From contig JASFYY010000067.1 of NCBI GenBank assembly GCA_045046875.1, positions 1 through 55,181 of the forward strand: DNA of 55,181 nt, in the 5' to 3' direction. Position 1 is the first letter of the stretch; each line of letters begins with the position of its first letter. The notes under the pieces were generated by a model that did not search any database, was not told where the DNA came from, and was given only the letters and a program-made list of their open reading frames with translations. Positions 27,120 to 36,874 of the stretch are shown here, piece by piece. Origin of the DNA: Verrucomicrobiota bacterium. Its GTDB lineage: Bacteria; Verrucomicrobiota; Verrucomicrobiia; Verrucomicrobiales; DEV007. The position numbers were made by a program, and so were the translations under genes.

Positions 27120-28430
27120 ATGACTATTTTATCACGAACAGGACTCTGGCTAGTAATGGCGATGGCGCTTTTGGTTTCGACAGGAACTTCTTTTGCTCAG
27201 GAGGCGGTTGAGGCGACTGAAGCCGCGGCTACTTTGGATACCGGCGATACGGCCTGGATGATTGTGGCGACAGTGTTGGTTTTGTTGATGACCTTGCCGG
27301 GCTTGGCGTTGTTTTATGGGGGTTTAGTGAGATCGAAAAATATTCTCTCGGTATTGGTTCAATGCATGGTGTTGGCGGCGGTGATGTCGATTGTGTGGGT
27401 GGTTTATGGTTACACTTTTGCGGCGGGGGCGGGCAATAGTTTTATTGGTGATGGCAGCATGATGATGTTGAAGCACCTCTTCAAGGATTCGGAGAACGTT
27501 TTGCATGGCACGATTCCGGAAAGTATCTGGGTCACGTTTCAGATGACGTTTATCATGATCACTCCCGCTTTGATTGTAGGGGCTTTTGCTGAACGGATGA
27601 AATTTTCAGCCATTCTGATTTTCACTCTTTTATGGACTACTTTTTCGTATATCCCGGTATGGCACATGGCTTGGGCTGAGGGTGGCCTGTTTTATGAATG
27701 GGGAGTGTTGGATTTTGCCGGCGGCACGGTGGTGCATATCAATGCAGGGATCGCTGGCTTGGTGGCTTGTATCATGGTGGGCAAACGCAAGGGTTACGGC
27801 AAGTTGCAGATGATGCCGCACAATGTGCCTTTCACTGTCATTGGGGCTTGCTTGCTGTGGGTGGGTTGGTTTGGTTTTAATGCGGGTAGTGCGGGTGCCG
27901 CCAACGGTTCGGCGGGGATGGCGATGTTGACCACTCAAATTGCGACGGCGGCGGCAGTGCTGTCCTGGTTGGTGGTGGAAACGATCGTGACAAAAAAGAC
28001 TACCGCTGTGGGTGCGGCTACCGGGGCGGTGGCCGGATTGGTGGCGATCACGCCGGCTTGTGGGTCAACCGGGGTGGGCGGAGCACTCATTATTGGAGCT
28101 CTTTCGGGAGCGGTGTGTTATTTCTGCGCGACGACGATGAAACGCAAACTGGGATACGATGATAGCCTCGACGTATTTGGTGTGCATTGTGTGGGTGGTA
28201 TTTTGGGAGCGGTTTTGACCGGAGTGTTTATTCGCGATGGTATTGATGCGGCGGATAATCAGTTGATGATCCAGATCAAAAGCGTTGCGGTCACGGCTGT
28301 TTGGTCGGCGGTGGTGGCAACGATTGCTTTGTTGATTGCCAAATATACGGTTGGTCTCAGGGTTCCTGAACAGGAAGAGTCCGAGGGGATCGATACTCAT
28401 ACCCATGGTGAAGCTGGGTATAACTTGTAA
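27120..28430 (+). CDS. amtB: Ammonium transporter
   Basis: GDTAW, PGLALFYGG, DFAGGTVVH, GWFGFNAGS, DDSLDVFGVH. Confidence 0.97.
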   Translation: MTILSRTGLWLVMAMALLVSTGTSFAQEAVEATEAAATLDTGDTAWMIVATVLVLLMTLPGLALFYGGLVRSKNILSVLVQCMVLAAVMSIVWVVYGYTFAAGAGNSFIGDGSMMMLKHLFKDSENVLHGTIPESIWVTFQMTFIMITPALIVGAFAERMKFSAILIFTLLWTTFSYIPVWHMAWAEGGLFYEWGVLDFAGGTVVHINAGIAGLVACIMVGKRKGYGKLQMMPHNVPFTVIGACLLWVGWFGFNAGSAGAANGSAGMAMLTTQIATAAAVLSWLVVETIVTKKTTAVGAATGAVAGLVAITPACGSTGVGGALIIGALSGAVCYFCATTMKRKLGYDDSLDVFGVHCVGGILGAVLTGVFIRDGIDAADNQLMIQIKSVAVTAVWSAVVATIALLIAKYTVGLRVPEQEESEGIDTHTHGEAGYNL

Positions 28431-28544
28431 TTGAGATGGGGGGGCGGTCAAATTTGGAAGAGTTTGGACCGCAGTCGTAGCGAAGTGAAGACAGCCGGAG
28501 GGAACTACCCGAAGACAAATGGGCGAGGATAAGAGAAGCGTTTT

Positions 28545-28573
28545 AACCGCGGATAGCACGGATTAACGCGGAT
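28545..28573 (+). repeat. Dispersed 3x(9-10 nt) CACGGAT-type repeat
   Basis: AACCGCGGATAGCACGGATTAACGCGGAT; nearly identical to 41248-41276. Confidence 0.8.
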
Positions 28574-28604
28574 AAGATAGAATGAGAAGTTAGGAAAGGG
28601 TAAG

Positions 28605-28958
28605 TTATTTTGCGGGTGATTGGGTTGCTGGGGGGAGCTTCCATTGGCCGGATTCTGATTGGGGGAATTCGAGGCCGCCTAGGTCATCGTCATATTGCCA
28701 GTGAATTTTAAGTTTGTCAGTGCTTGAGCCGAGGATGAACGAAGCGGCAAAATCGAGTGTTCGTGATAAGGCTTCCAATGGATCGACTCCGGGGAAATGA
28801 ACAGCTTCTGGGTATAAGTGATCTATGGACCAATCACATCGCCAACAAGCGCTGTTTTCATCAAAATAGAGGCGGTTGATGCGCAGGAAGCCGGTGTATT
28901 TTTCGCCTTCTTTTTGAAATGTTAACTCGCGGGTGATAGCGAGGAGGATTTCTTTCAT
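28605..28958 (-). CDS. Small hypothetical protein (DUF6968-like)
   Basis: W.C.W.I...GVDPLEAL pattern recalls DUF6968; 117-aa ORF. Confidence 0.6.
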   Translation of the reverse strand: MKEILLAITRELTFQKEGEKYTGFLRINRLYFDENSACWRCDWSIDHLYPEAVHFPGVDPLEALSRTLDFAASFILGSSTDKLKIHWQYDDDLGGLEFPQSESGQWKLPPATQSPAK

Positions 28959-29045
28959 TGCGCGTAACTCTTTAGCTTGGTAGCTGAGGTGCTTTATAAT
29001 TCATATGCCTATTTCTAAATCAAAGGAATATGATATTTCATTAAA

Positions 29046-29116
29046 ATCAGTGTTCATCGGTGCCCCTCAGTGGTTAAGAAATAGTTCAACCACTGATTTC
29101 ACTGATGGACACGGAT
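29046..29116. repeat. Inverted pair of CACGGAT-type repeats
   Basis: ATCAGTGTTCATCGGTGCCCCTCAGTGGTT (29046-29075) and AACCACTGATTTCACTGATGGACACGGAT (29088-29116). Confidence 0.8.
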
Positions 29117-29157
29117 GTTTATTTTGGCAAGGAGGCCTGGATATTTGGGATTAGGGC

Positions 29158-30681
29158 TTATTTTTTGGCGGGTTCTTTTCCCTTTGCTGGTTGGTGGAAC
29201 TCTGACCAGGCTTCCCAACCGTGGGGCTTTCTGCCGACGTAGTCGATGGTGTCGAAGAAGGCGGCATTGCCATTCAAGCGAGGATCCCCTTCGGCTTTGA
29301 GCATACTTTCCATTTGGTTGCGCAGCTTTTTGACCTCGTTTTTGTATTCGTCATTGGTGGCGAGGTTTTCCATGCATCTGGGATCAGAGCCGATTTTGTA
29401 GAGTTCCTCTGCGGGGCGTTTGCCGAACGACATACGGTAGTATTTATCAAACCGGCTGAGGATGGTGCTTTTGGTTGGGCTGTCATCGACGTTGCGGTAG
29501 CCGGTCTCCGGATTGCCGGCTGGCCAGCGGTCGGGCTCGTAGTTGCGGATGTAGAGAAACTCACGGGTGCGGATGGCGCGCACGGGGTAACCGACATCAT
29601 TGGGACGTCCGATATCGTGACGCTCCTTGCCGATGAGTTGAACATTCCGCGAGGGGTCGATCAGTCCCTCTTTGTCCGACAGCAGCAGATCCAGGAAGCT
29701 TTTTCCGGTCATCTGTGGGTGGGGTTTGAGGCCCGCGGCTTCCATGATCGTGGGGGCGTAGTCGCGCACGTTGATGAAGTCGTGGATGACACGTCCCGGC
29801 TTGATTTTTTTGCCCCAGCGCACGGCCAGAGGTAGATGGAAGCCGTCTTCGAGGATCTGCCCTTTCACCCGGGGAAAGGGCATGCCGTGATCAGAGGTCA
29901 CGATGATGAGGGTGTTTTCCAGTTCACCGATTTCCTCCAGATGATCGACGATACGCCCCAGGTGTGTGTCGAACCACTCAACCTCGACGGCGTAATCCAG
30001 TAGGTCACTGCGCACGGTGCGATTGTCTGGGAAGTAAGGAGGGACTTCGACATCCTTGAGATTTTTCCCTTCTTTGAGCCCAGCTCCATCTTCGTAAGTG
30101 CGGTGCGGTTCGTAGGCGCCATACCAAAAACAAAAGGGCTGTCCGGGTTTCCCTGCCTTGAGGAATTCTTTGAAGTTAGCTGCGTAGTCCAAGTTGGCAA
30201 TGCCACGGTGCGGGGCGGGTTCCCTGATTTTCTGGTATTCCTTACCTGCCGGGTTGTGTTTATATCCGGCCACTCTGTAGTCACCCGGCCCCCAACCTTT
30301 ACCGGTCAGCCCGACATGGTAACCTGCTTCTTCCATCAGCGCGGGGTAAACTTTGAATTCCTTGGGGAAAATGGTCATGTGGTTGACCGCTTCTTTGAGT
30401 TGCCACGAATTGCGACCGGTCAGAATGCTGGCGCGGCAAGGGCTGCATTTGGGATTGGAGGTGAAGGTATTGGTGAAGCGCACGCCTTCGTTGGCGATGC
30501 GGTCGAATGAGGGGGTTTTGACCCAGTCGCAACCGTTGACTCCGGCGTGTTCGCCGGACCAGTCATCGGCGATGGCAAAGACGATGTTGGGCCTTTGTTC
30601 TTTTTCTTTTTGGGCGTGACTGGAGAAAGTCAGGCAAAAGAGCAGAGCTAAGAGGGGGAATGTAAGGAAATGGCGATTCAT
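29158..30681 (-). CDS. Sulfatase (S1, N-sulfoglucosamine sulfohydrolase-like)
   Basis: PNIVFAIADD, CSPCRASILTG, TGKGWGPG, SDHGMPFPRVKG. Confidence 0.92.
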   Translation of the reverse strand: MNRHFLTFPLLALLFCLTFSSHAQKEKEQRPNIVFAIADDWSGEHAGVNGCDWVKTPSFDRIANEGVRFTNTFTSNPKCSPCRASILTGRNSWQLKEAVNHMTIFPKEFKVYPALMEEAGYHVGLTGKGWGPGDYRVAGYKHNPAGKEYQKIREPAPHRGIANLDYAANFKEFLKAGKPGQPFCFWYGAYEPHRTYEDGAGLKEGKNLKDVEVPPYFPDNRTVRSDLLDYAVEVEWFDTHLGRIVDHLEEIGELENTLIIVTSDHGMPFPRVKGQILEDGFHLPLAVRWGKKIKPGRVIHDFINVRDYAPTIMEAAGLKPHPQMTGKSFLDLLLSDKEGLIDPSRNVQLIGKERHDIGRPNDVGYPVRAIRTREFLYIRNYEPDRWPAGNPETGYRNVDDSPTKSTILSRFDKYYRMSFGKRPAEELYKIGSDPRCMENLATNDEYKNEVKKLRNQMESMLKAEGDPRLNGNAAFFDTIDYVGRKPHGWEAWSEFHQPAKGKEPAKK

Positions 30682-30764
30682 GGGAGAAAGGTAGGCGAGG
30701 GTTTTAGCCGTGCAATGCTTTTGCTTCATTGTGGCGCAAATGGGTTTTTGTTCTACATTGCGGA

Positions 30765-31994
30765 GTGAAGCAATCAAATAAATTCCCAATCAATCGGCGC
30801 TCCTTTGTGGCAGGTTCTTTAGCAACAGTGGTCAGCGCAGCGGCAGCTTCGTCGCTGCGGGCTGCCGAAGCGGAGAGAAAAATGAGAGTGGCAGTGATCG
30901 GTCATACGGGGCGGGGGGATTACGGACATGGCATCGACAAGGTTTGGTTGCGGGTACCGCAGGCAGAGATCGTGGCGGTAGCGGATCCTGATGACGCTGG
31001 GCGTGTTAGGGCACTTAAGCGTTTGCAAGTAGAAGCGGAGGGCGGGTTTGCTGACTATCGTAAAATGCTAAGCGTGGTCAAACCGGACGTCGTCGCTATT
31101 GGCCCGCGTCACATCGATCAGCATCGTGATATGGCAGTGGCGGCAGCGCAATTCGGTGCGCTGGGGATCTATATCGAAAAGCCTTTTTGCCGAGATCTCG
31201 CCGAGGCGGATGCGGTGGTGCAGGCTTGTGAAAAGAGTGGAACTCGCTTGGCGATAGCGCATCGCAATCGTTATCATCCGGTTTTGCCTGTGATCAAAGC
31301 TTTGCTCGAAGACGGTGCGATTGGGCAATTTCTTGAAATTCGGGTGCGTGGCAAGGAGGATCAACGCGGAGGAGCGCTTGATTTGTGGGTATTGGGTTCG
31401 CACTTGCTCAATCTGGCGGATTATTTTGCGGGATCGGCAGTGGCGTGTTCAGCGAGTTTACTGCAGGACGGTCGTCCAGTGAAAAAAGAGGATGTGGTTG
31501 AGGGGGCGGAGGGCATTGGTTTGTTAGCAGGCAATGAAGTGCACGCGCGATTTGAGACGCAAAGCGGGGTGCAGGTCTTTTTTGATTCAGTAAAAGGGGC
31601 AGGGACTAGGGAAGCAGGCTTTGGTCTGCAATTGATCGGCAATGAGGGGGTGATTGATATTCGGGCAGACAAGGAGCCTTTGGCTCATATCCGCAAGGGT
31701 AATCCGTTTTTACCAAAATCCGCTAGCCAGCTGTGGATGGCGATCACTAGTGCAGGCATAGGAAAAAAGGAACCGATCACCGATATTCGGGCACAGGTCG
31801 CCGGGCATTTGGCGCCCGCCGAGGACTTGTTGGCGGCAATTCGGGAAAAACGTGCTCCGCTTTGCAGTGCCAAGGATGGACAGGTGCTGGTGGAAATGAT
31901 CATGGCGGTGTTTGAGTCCCACCGTCTTGCAGGTCAACGAGTTGCCTTGCCATTAAAGAACCGGGAGCAAAATCCTCTGGCAAATTTGAGTTGA
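30765..31994 (+). CDS. Gfo/Idh/MocA oxidoreductase with Tat signal
   Basis: NRRSFV twin-Arg motif, VAVIG, IEKPF. Confidence 0.88.
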   Translation: MKQSNKFPINRRSFVAGSLATVVSAAAASSLRAAEAERKMRVAVIGHTGRGDYGHGIDKVWLRVPQAEIVAVADPDDAGRVRALKRLQVEAEGGFADYRKMLSVVKPDVVAIGPRHIDQHRDMAVAAAQFGALGIYIEKPFCRDLAEADAVVQACEKSGTRLAIAHRNRYHPVLPVIKALLEDGAIGQFLEIRVRGKEDQRGGALDLWVLGSHLLNLADYFAGSAVACSASLLQDGRPVKKEDVVEGAEGIGLLAGNEVHARFETQSGVQVFFDSVKGAGTREAGFGLQLIGNEGVIDIRADKEPLAHIRKGNPFLPKSASQLWMAITSAGIGKKEPITDIRAQVAGHLAPAEDLLAAIREKRAPLCSAKDGQVLVEMIMAVFESHRLAGQRVALPLKNREQNPLANLS

Positions 31995-32094
31995 GAGCCG
32001 TTTCACAGAATCTCACGCGTCAGCCTTGGTGGCGCAAATGCGTTATCTTTTGCATTCCTCTTTGCTTGCGCTGAGGCTATGCTTTGTATCTGAA

Positions 32095-33645
32095 ATGATT
32101 TTCAACAATCCCCGAGTTCTGTTGCCATCCTTCTGCCTCCGCTTCTTGCGGCTGTGTTTGGTTTTTTGTGTCTTATTGGCCGGGCAAGCCCAGCTCAAAG
32201 CGGCTGAAACAAAAAAGCTCAATTTTATTTTTTTGCTGGCTGATGATCTTGGTTATATGGATGTGGGTTTTAATAATCCCAATACATTTTATGAAACCCA
32301 ACATCTGGATCGATTGGCGCGGTCGGGGATGATTTTCACTGATTTTTATGCAGCCTCCCAGGTTTGTTCTCCTACCCGGGCTAGCATCATGACGGGCAAG
32401 TACCCGGCGCGGACCAATACGACTAATTTTTTCTGCGGTAAGCGGGCGGAAAAGTTTCTGCCTGCAGAGTATGATTGTCGAATGGAGCGAGAAGAGCTTA
32501 CACTGGCCGAGGCGCTCAAGGAGAATGGCTACAAAACTTTTTTTGCCGGTAAGTGGCATCTTGGTCCGAATGAGGGGCACTCGCCGACTGATCAGGGTTT
32601 TGATATTAATAAAGGAGGTGGAGAAAACGGGCTCCCGCGCAGTTATTTTTCACCGTATAAGAATGTGACCAACCTGCCCCCTGGTCCGGAGGGGGAATTC
32701 CTTACCAATCGATTAGCGAAAGAGGCCGTGCTTTTCCTCGAATCCTCAGCCAAGTCGGATGATCCCTTTTTACTCTACTTGTCCTTTTATTCGGTTCACA
32801 CTCCGCTGATGGCACCCAAGGATTTGGTAGCGAAGTATAAGTCTAAAGCCGAGCGCATGGGTTTGACCGAAGAGAGTGGCAGGTGGGGCAGTGAGCGGCA
32901 ACTGTTTTTGAATCAGAAAGAGGATGTGAGAAAGGTTCGCATTCGTCAGGATCACGCGACTTACGCAGCCATGGTCGAGAGTCTGGACACAGCGGTTGGC
33001 AAGGTGCTGGATAAACTGGAGGTTTTGGGCATGAGAGATAATACGGTGGTGATTTTCATGTCGGATAATGGAGGCACGGCAACTTCGGAGGGCTGGCCGA
33101 CTTCGAACCGTCCGCTTCGCGGAGGCAAGGGATGGATGTATGAGGGCGGCATTCGCGAGCCGGTGATTGTTCGCTGGCCCCAGGTGACCACGCCTCAGTC
33201 TCGCTGCGAGGTTCCTTTGATCAGCACGGATTTTTATCCGACGATTTTAGAAATGGCCGGCCTGCCGCAGAAAAAACAGCAGCATGTGGATGGCAAAAGT
33301 TTTGTAAAATTGTTACACGACCCTTTTGCGCACTTCGATCGTCCGCCGCTGTTCTGGCACTACCCGCACTATAGTAATCAGGGAGGTTTTCCTGCCAGCG
33401 CGGTGCGGGTGGGGGATTTCAAGCTCATTGAGGATCTTGAGGACGGGGAGTTGGAGCTCTACAATTTAAGGGATGATATGTCGGAGCATAATAACCTGAT
33501 TCAGTTGTATCCAGAGCGGGCAGAAAAGATGTATCGTATGCTGGGTGACTGGAAGAAAAAAGTGGATGCCAAAGCTTTGCGAGCCAACCCAAAAACTGGG
33601 AATGTGAATCCTGGTCGAGGCTCTAAGTCGATGAAGGAGCTTTGA
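32095..33645 (+). CDS. Sulfatase (S1)
   Basis: ADDLG, CSPTRASIMTG, GKWHLG, SDNGG, YEGGIREP. Confidence 0.93.
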   Translation: MIFNNPRVLLPSFCLRFLRLCLVFCVLLAGQAQLKAAETKKLNFIFLLADDLGYMDVGFNNPNTFYETQHLDRLARSGMIFTDFYAASQVCSPTRASIMTGKYPARTNTTNFFCGKRAEKFLPAEYDCRMEREELTLAEALKENGYKTFFAGKWHLGPNEGHSPTDQGFDINKGGGENGLPRSYFSPYKNVTNLPPGPEGEFLTNRLAKEAVLFLESSAKSDDPFLLYLSFYSVHTPLMAPKDLVAKYKSKAERMGLTEESGRWGSERQLFLNQKEDVRKVRIRQDHATYAAMVESLDTAVGKVLDKLEVLGMRDNTVVIFMSDNGGTATSEGWPTSNRPLRGGKGWMYEGGIREPVIVRWPQVTTPQSRCEVPLISTDFYPTILEMAGLPQKKQQHVDGKSFVKLLHDPFAHFDRPPLFWHYPHYSNQGGFPASAVRVGDFKLIEDLEDGELELYNLRDDMSEHNNLIQLYPERAEKMYRMLGDWKKKVDAKALRANPKTGNVNPGRGSKSMKEL

Positions 33646-33667
33646 GGGGAAGAAGATAGGAGATATT

Positions 33668-35089
33668 ATGATTCGATTGATTTTGATAGTTGCTTTGTTT
33701 TGGTTTCAGGGGACAGAGCGGACATCGGCGAAGCCAAATGTTTTGTTTATTGCCGTTGATGATTTGCGACCCGAGTTGGCGTGTTATGGTAAGAGTCATA
33801 TCAAATCGCCTAACATTGATAAGTTAGCGCAGACGGGGTTTCTTTTTGAGCGAGCTTATTGCATGGTGCCGACTTGTGGCGCATCCCGAGCCAGTTTGAT
33901 GACAGGGGTTCGTCCGGCGCGTGGGCGTTTTATGTCTTATCTCGCGTCGGCTCAGAAAGAGGTGCCGGACGTCATGACTCTGAACACCCATTTCAAAAAC
34001 AACGGTTATCACACGGTGTCCAACGGTAAAATTTTTCATCACCGTGAGGATAATGCGAGCGGTTGGTCGGAAGAAGTTTGGCGTCCGACGGGCAATGGGA
34101 TCGGTTATCGGCTTGAGGAAAATCAGAAGATTCACAAAGAGCGCAAAGCAATGAAAGGCAGGCGGAGACGGGGCCCACCCTATGAATCAGCGGATGCCCC
34201 TGACCTGGACTACCCGGATGGTCAGATTGCTGAAAAAGCGATGGCCGATCTGCGGCGGTTGAAAGACAAAGAAGAGCCCTTTTTTCTGGCTGTAGGTTTT
34301 CTCAAACCTCACTTACCTTTTGTCGCGCCTAAAAAATATTGGGATTTGTATGATCATGACCGCATCCAATTGCCGGAAAATTATTATCCGCCGAAGGATG
34401 CGCCTAAAGAAGCGGTGCACAGTTCAGGTGAATTGAGAGCCTATGCAGGGGTTCCTGCCAAGGGGCCGGTTTCAGATGAGATGGCGCGCAATATGATTCA
34501 TGGCTATTACGCCTGTGTGAGTTTCACCGATGCCCAGGTGGGCAAAGTTCTAGATGAGCTGGAGAAGTTGGGATTGGCTGAGGATACCATTGTGATTCTC
34601 TGGGGAGACCATGGCTGGAATTTGGCGGAGCATACGATGTGGTGCAAACACAGCTGTTTTGAGACTTCGATGCATGCGCCATTGATCGTGCGTGCGCCGG
34701 GAGTGGGGAAACCCGGGCAGCGCACCCGGGCGCTCACGGAGTTCATTGATATCTACCCGTCACTGAGTGAGCTCGCTGGGTTGCCTTTGCCGGATCATTT
34801 GCAGGGCAAGAGTTTTGTTCCCTTGCTGAAAAATCCTGACATGCCTTGGAAGTCGTCGGCGATCGGGCGTTTTGTGAATGGCGATACGATCCGCACTGAC
34901 CAGTTTCGCTTCAGTGAATACACCAATAAAAACGGAAAATTCAGTGCCAGGATGCTTTATGATCACCAGCAGGATCCGGATGAAAACGTGAATATTTCAG
35001 AACAAAAGCAGCAGGCTGAAACGGTGAAGCAGCTGACGATTGATTTGCACAAGGGCATGGGGAAGAGAGCGCTATCGAGCAAGAAGTAA
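33668..35089 (+). CDS. Iduronate-2-sulfatase-like sulfatase
   Basis: PNVLFIAVDDLRP, CGASRASLMTG, GKIFH, KPHLPF, WGDHGW. Confidence 0.92.
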   Translation: MIRLILIVALFWFQGTERTSAKPNVLFIAVDDLRPELACYGKSHIKSPNIDKLAQTGFLFERAYCMVPTCGASRASLMTGVRPARGRFMSYLASAQKEVPDVMTLNTHFKNNGYHTVSNGKIFHHREDNASGWSEEVWRPTGNGIGYRLEENQKIHKERKAMKGRRRRGPPYESADAPDLDYPDGQIAEKAMADLRRLKDKEEPFFLAVGFLKPHLPFVAPKKYWDLYDHDRIQLPENYYPPKDAPKEAVHSSGELRAYAGVPAKGPVSDEMARNMIHGYYACVSFTDAQVGKVLDELEKLGLAEDTIVILWGDHGWNLAEHTMWCKHSCFETSMHAPLIVRAPGVGKPGQRTRALTEFIDIYPSLSELAGLPLPDHLQGKSFVPLLKNPDMPWKSSAIGRFVNGDTIRTDQFRFSEYTNKNGKFSARMLYDHQQDPDENVNISEQKQQAETVKQLTIDLHKGMGKRALSSKK

Positions 35090-35098
35090 AAAGCCTGG

Positions 35099-35821
35099 TC
35101 ACTCGCTGGTTTTGGCTGATCTCAGGAAGTGCCCGTCACGCAGGAAGGCCACCGTTTGCAAGCCGACCGTTTTGTTATTCATGATGAAGGGGTGGTTGCT
35201 CTTGACCACAATATGATCTGCCATGCCTTGGACCTTGGTGTGCTGTATGGATACTTTTCCATCGTCGGTGCCTTTGATCATCAGACTATTGATCCAGTTG
35301 ATCGAGCAATTACCAGCGATCACTCCGAGGGGAAAATTTACTTCTCCTAATAAGCTGGGAGTGGAGTTTTTGCCGGTGCCTAGTTCCCCTCCGGCAGGGC
35401 CGTGGATGTATTGGAATAAGCGCAAATGGCCCAGGCGGTCGACGACTTCACTGCCTTGGTTTGGAGGTGCTAGCATGACCACTTTACCGAGCTGCGCTAC
35501 TTTGTGTGACTTTAGGTAGGCCCGGATCAATATACCTCCCATCGAGTGGGTTACAAAATGGATGCTGGTACTGTTCTGTTTTTTGCATTGTTCCACAGCC
35601 TTGCCGATGTATTCATCGCTGAGCTGTTTTACCGAGCCGGAACGGGAGGGGTAAGCCAGGTTCAAAACCTGATAACCTGCGTCGGTGAGTTTGCGTTCCA
35701 TGGTTTTCATCGAACGGGGGCCGCGGCACAGGCCGTGCAGAAGGATCACATGTTCACTGGCATTGGAACTCATGCTAAACAGGGTGCAAAGATAAAAAAT
35801 GGCAATGAAACGAAGGAACAT
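35099..35821 (-). CDS. Alpha/beta hydrolase (lipase-like)
   Basis: LLHGL, THSMGG nucleophile elbow, PPNQGS, DDGKVS, HPF. Confidence 0.88.
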   Translation of the reverse strand: MFLRFIAIFYLCTLFSMSSNASEHVILLHGLCRGPRSMKTMERKLTDAGYQVLNLAYPSRSGSVKQLSDEYIGKAVEQCKKQNSTSIHFVTHSMGGILIRAYLKSHKVAQLGKVVMLAPPNQGSEVVDRLGHLRLFQYIHGPAGGELGTGKNSTPSLLGEVNFPLGVIAGNCSINWINSLMIKGTDDGKVSIQHTKVQGMADHIVVKSNHPFIMNNKTVGLQTVAFLRDGHFLRSAKTSE

Positions 35822-35833
35822 GGTTAAGCGCAG

Positions 35834-36874
35834 CTACAGCGAGAGATTGGGGTCGATGTCTTCATCTAGAACGGAGGGTGGCACCCCGATGGCGAGTTTG
35901 GCGGCGGCGGTGTAGGCGATCATCGCGGCGTTGTCGGTACACAGAGCGCCTTCCGCCAGTTGCAGCTCATAATTTTCATTGGTGCAGGCTTGTTGAAAAG
36001 CGGCTCGAAGACCGCTATTGCAACTGACACCACCGCTGACGCAGATCAAGTTTTCTCCACATTGGGCGGCGGCTTTGAGGGTTTTTTTAACCAGAACGTC
36101 GGTCACTGCTTTTTGAAAAGAGGCACAAATGTCGGGCAGCTGGGTTTCCAAGGGCTCGGATAGTTTGGGCAAGAGGTAGCGCACGCTGGTTTTCAACCCA
36201 CTGAAACTGAAAGCAAAATCGCCACTGCCAATCATGCTGCGTGGAAAGTCGAAGGCCTGGCAGTTGCCATCCGCAGCAAGACGATCAATTTCGGGGCCTC
36301 CGGGGTAGGGCAGCCCGAGCATTTTGCCTACTTTGTCAAAGGCCTCGCCCGCAGCGTCATCGCGGGTGCGGCCGAGCAGCTGGTAGTCGCCGATGCCACG
36401 CAGATGGATCAGCATGGTGTGGCCACCACTGACGATCAGGGCGACGCAGGTGCGCGGGCCGTCCTCGCTGCCGATGAACGGTGAAAGCAGATGGCCTTCA
36501 AGGTGGTTGATGGAATAAAAGGGACGTTGTAGAGCGAGTGCCAGTGCTTTGCCGGTGGTATTGCCGATCAGCAGGGAGCTGGCCAATCCGGGGCCTGCGG
36601 TGGCAGCCACGGCGTCGATCTGGGTGATGTCTAAGTTGGCTGACTTCAACGCGGTGCGGATCAGTGCAGGCAAAGTCAGGTTGTGATTGCGAGACGCCAC
36701 TTCGGGAACCACGCCGCCATAAGGTTGATGCAATTTTATTTGCGAGGCGACTTCAGATGCCAGAATTTGTTGGGTGCCGCGGGCAATGGCAACAGCGGTC
36801 TCATCGCAGGAGGTCTCGATGGCCAGAACAAGCGGCAGAGGTTCCGCCGTTTGTTTATTGGGATGTTTTGTCAC
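35834..36874 (-). CDS. tsaD: tRNA N6-adenosine threonylcarbamoyltransferase
   Basis: LAIETSCDET, GGVVPEVASRNH, NHLEGH, VSGGHT, DDAAGEAFDK, CTDNAAMI. Confidence 0.97.
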   Translation of the reverse strand: MTKHPNKQTAEPLPLVLAIETSCDETAVAIARGTQQILASEVASQIKLHQPYGGVVPEVASRNHNLTLPALIRTALKSANLDITQIDAVAATAGPGLASSLLIGNTTGKALALALQRPFYSINHLEGHLLSPFIGSEDGPRTCVALIVSGGHTMLIHLRGIGDYQLLGRTRDDAAGEAFDKVGKMLGLPYPGGPEIDRLAADGNCQAFDFPRSMIGSGDFAFSFSGLKTSVRYLLPKLSEPLETQLPDICASFQKAVTDVLVKKTLKAAAQCGENLICVSGGVSCNSGLRAAFQQACTNENYELQLAEGALCTDNAAMIAYTAAAKLAIGVPPSVLDEDIDPNLSL

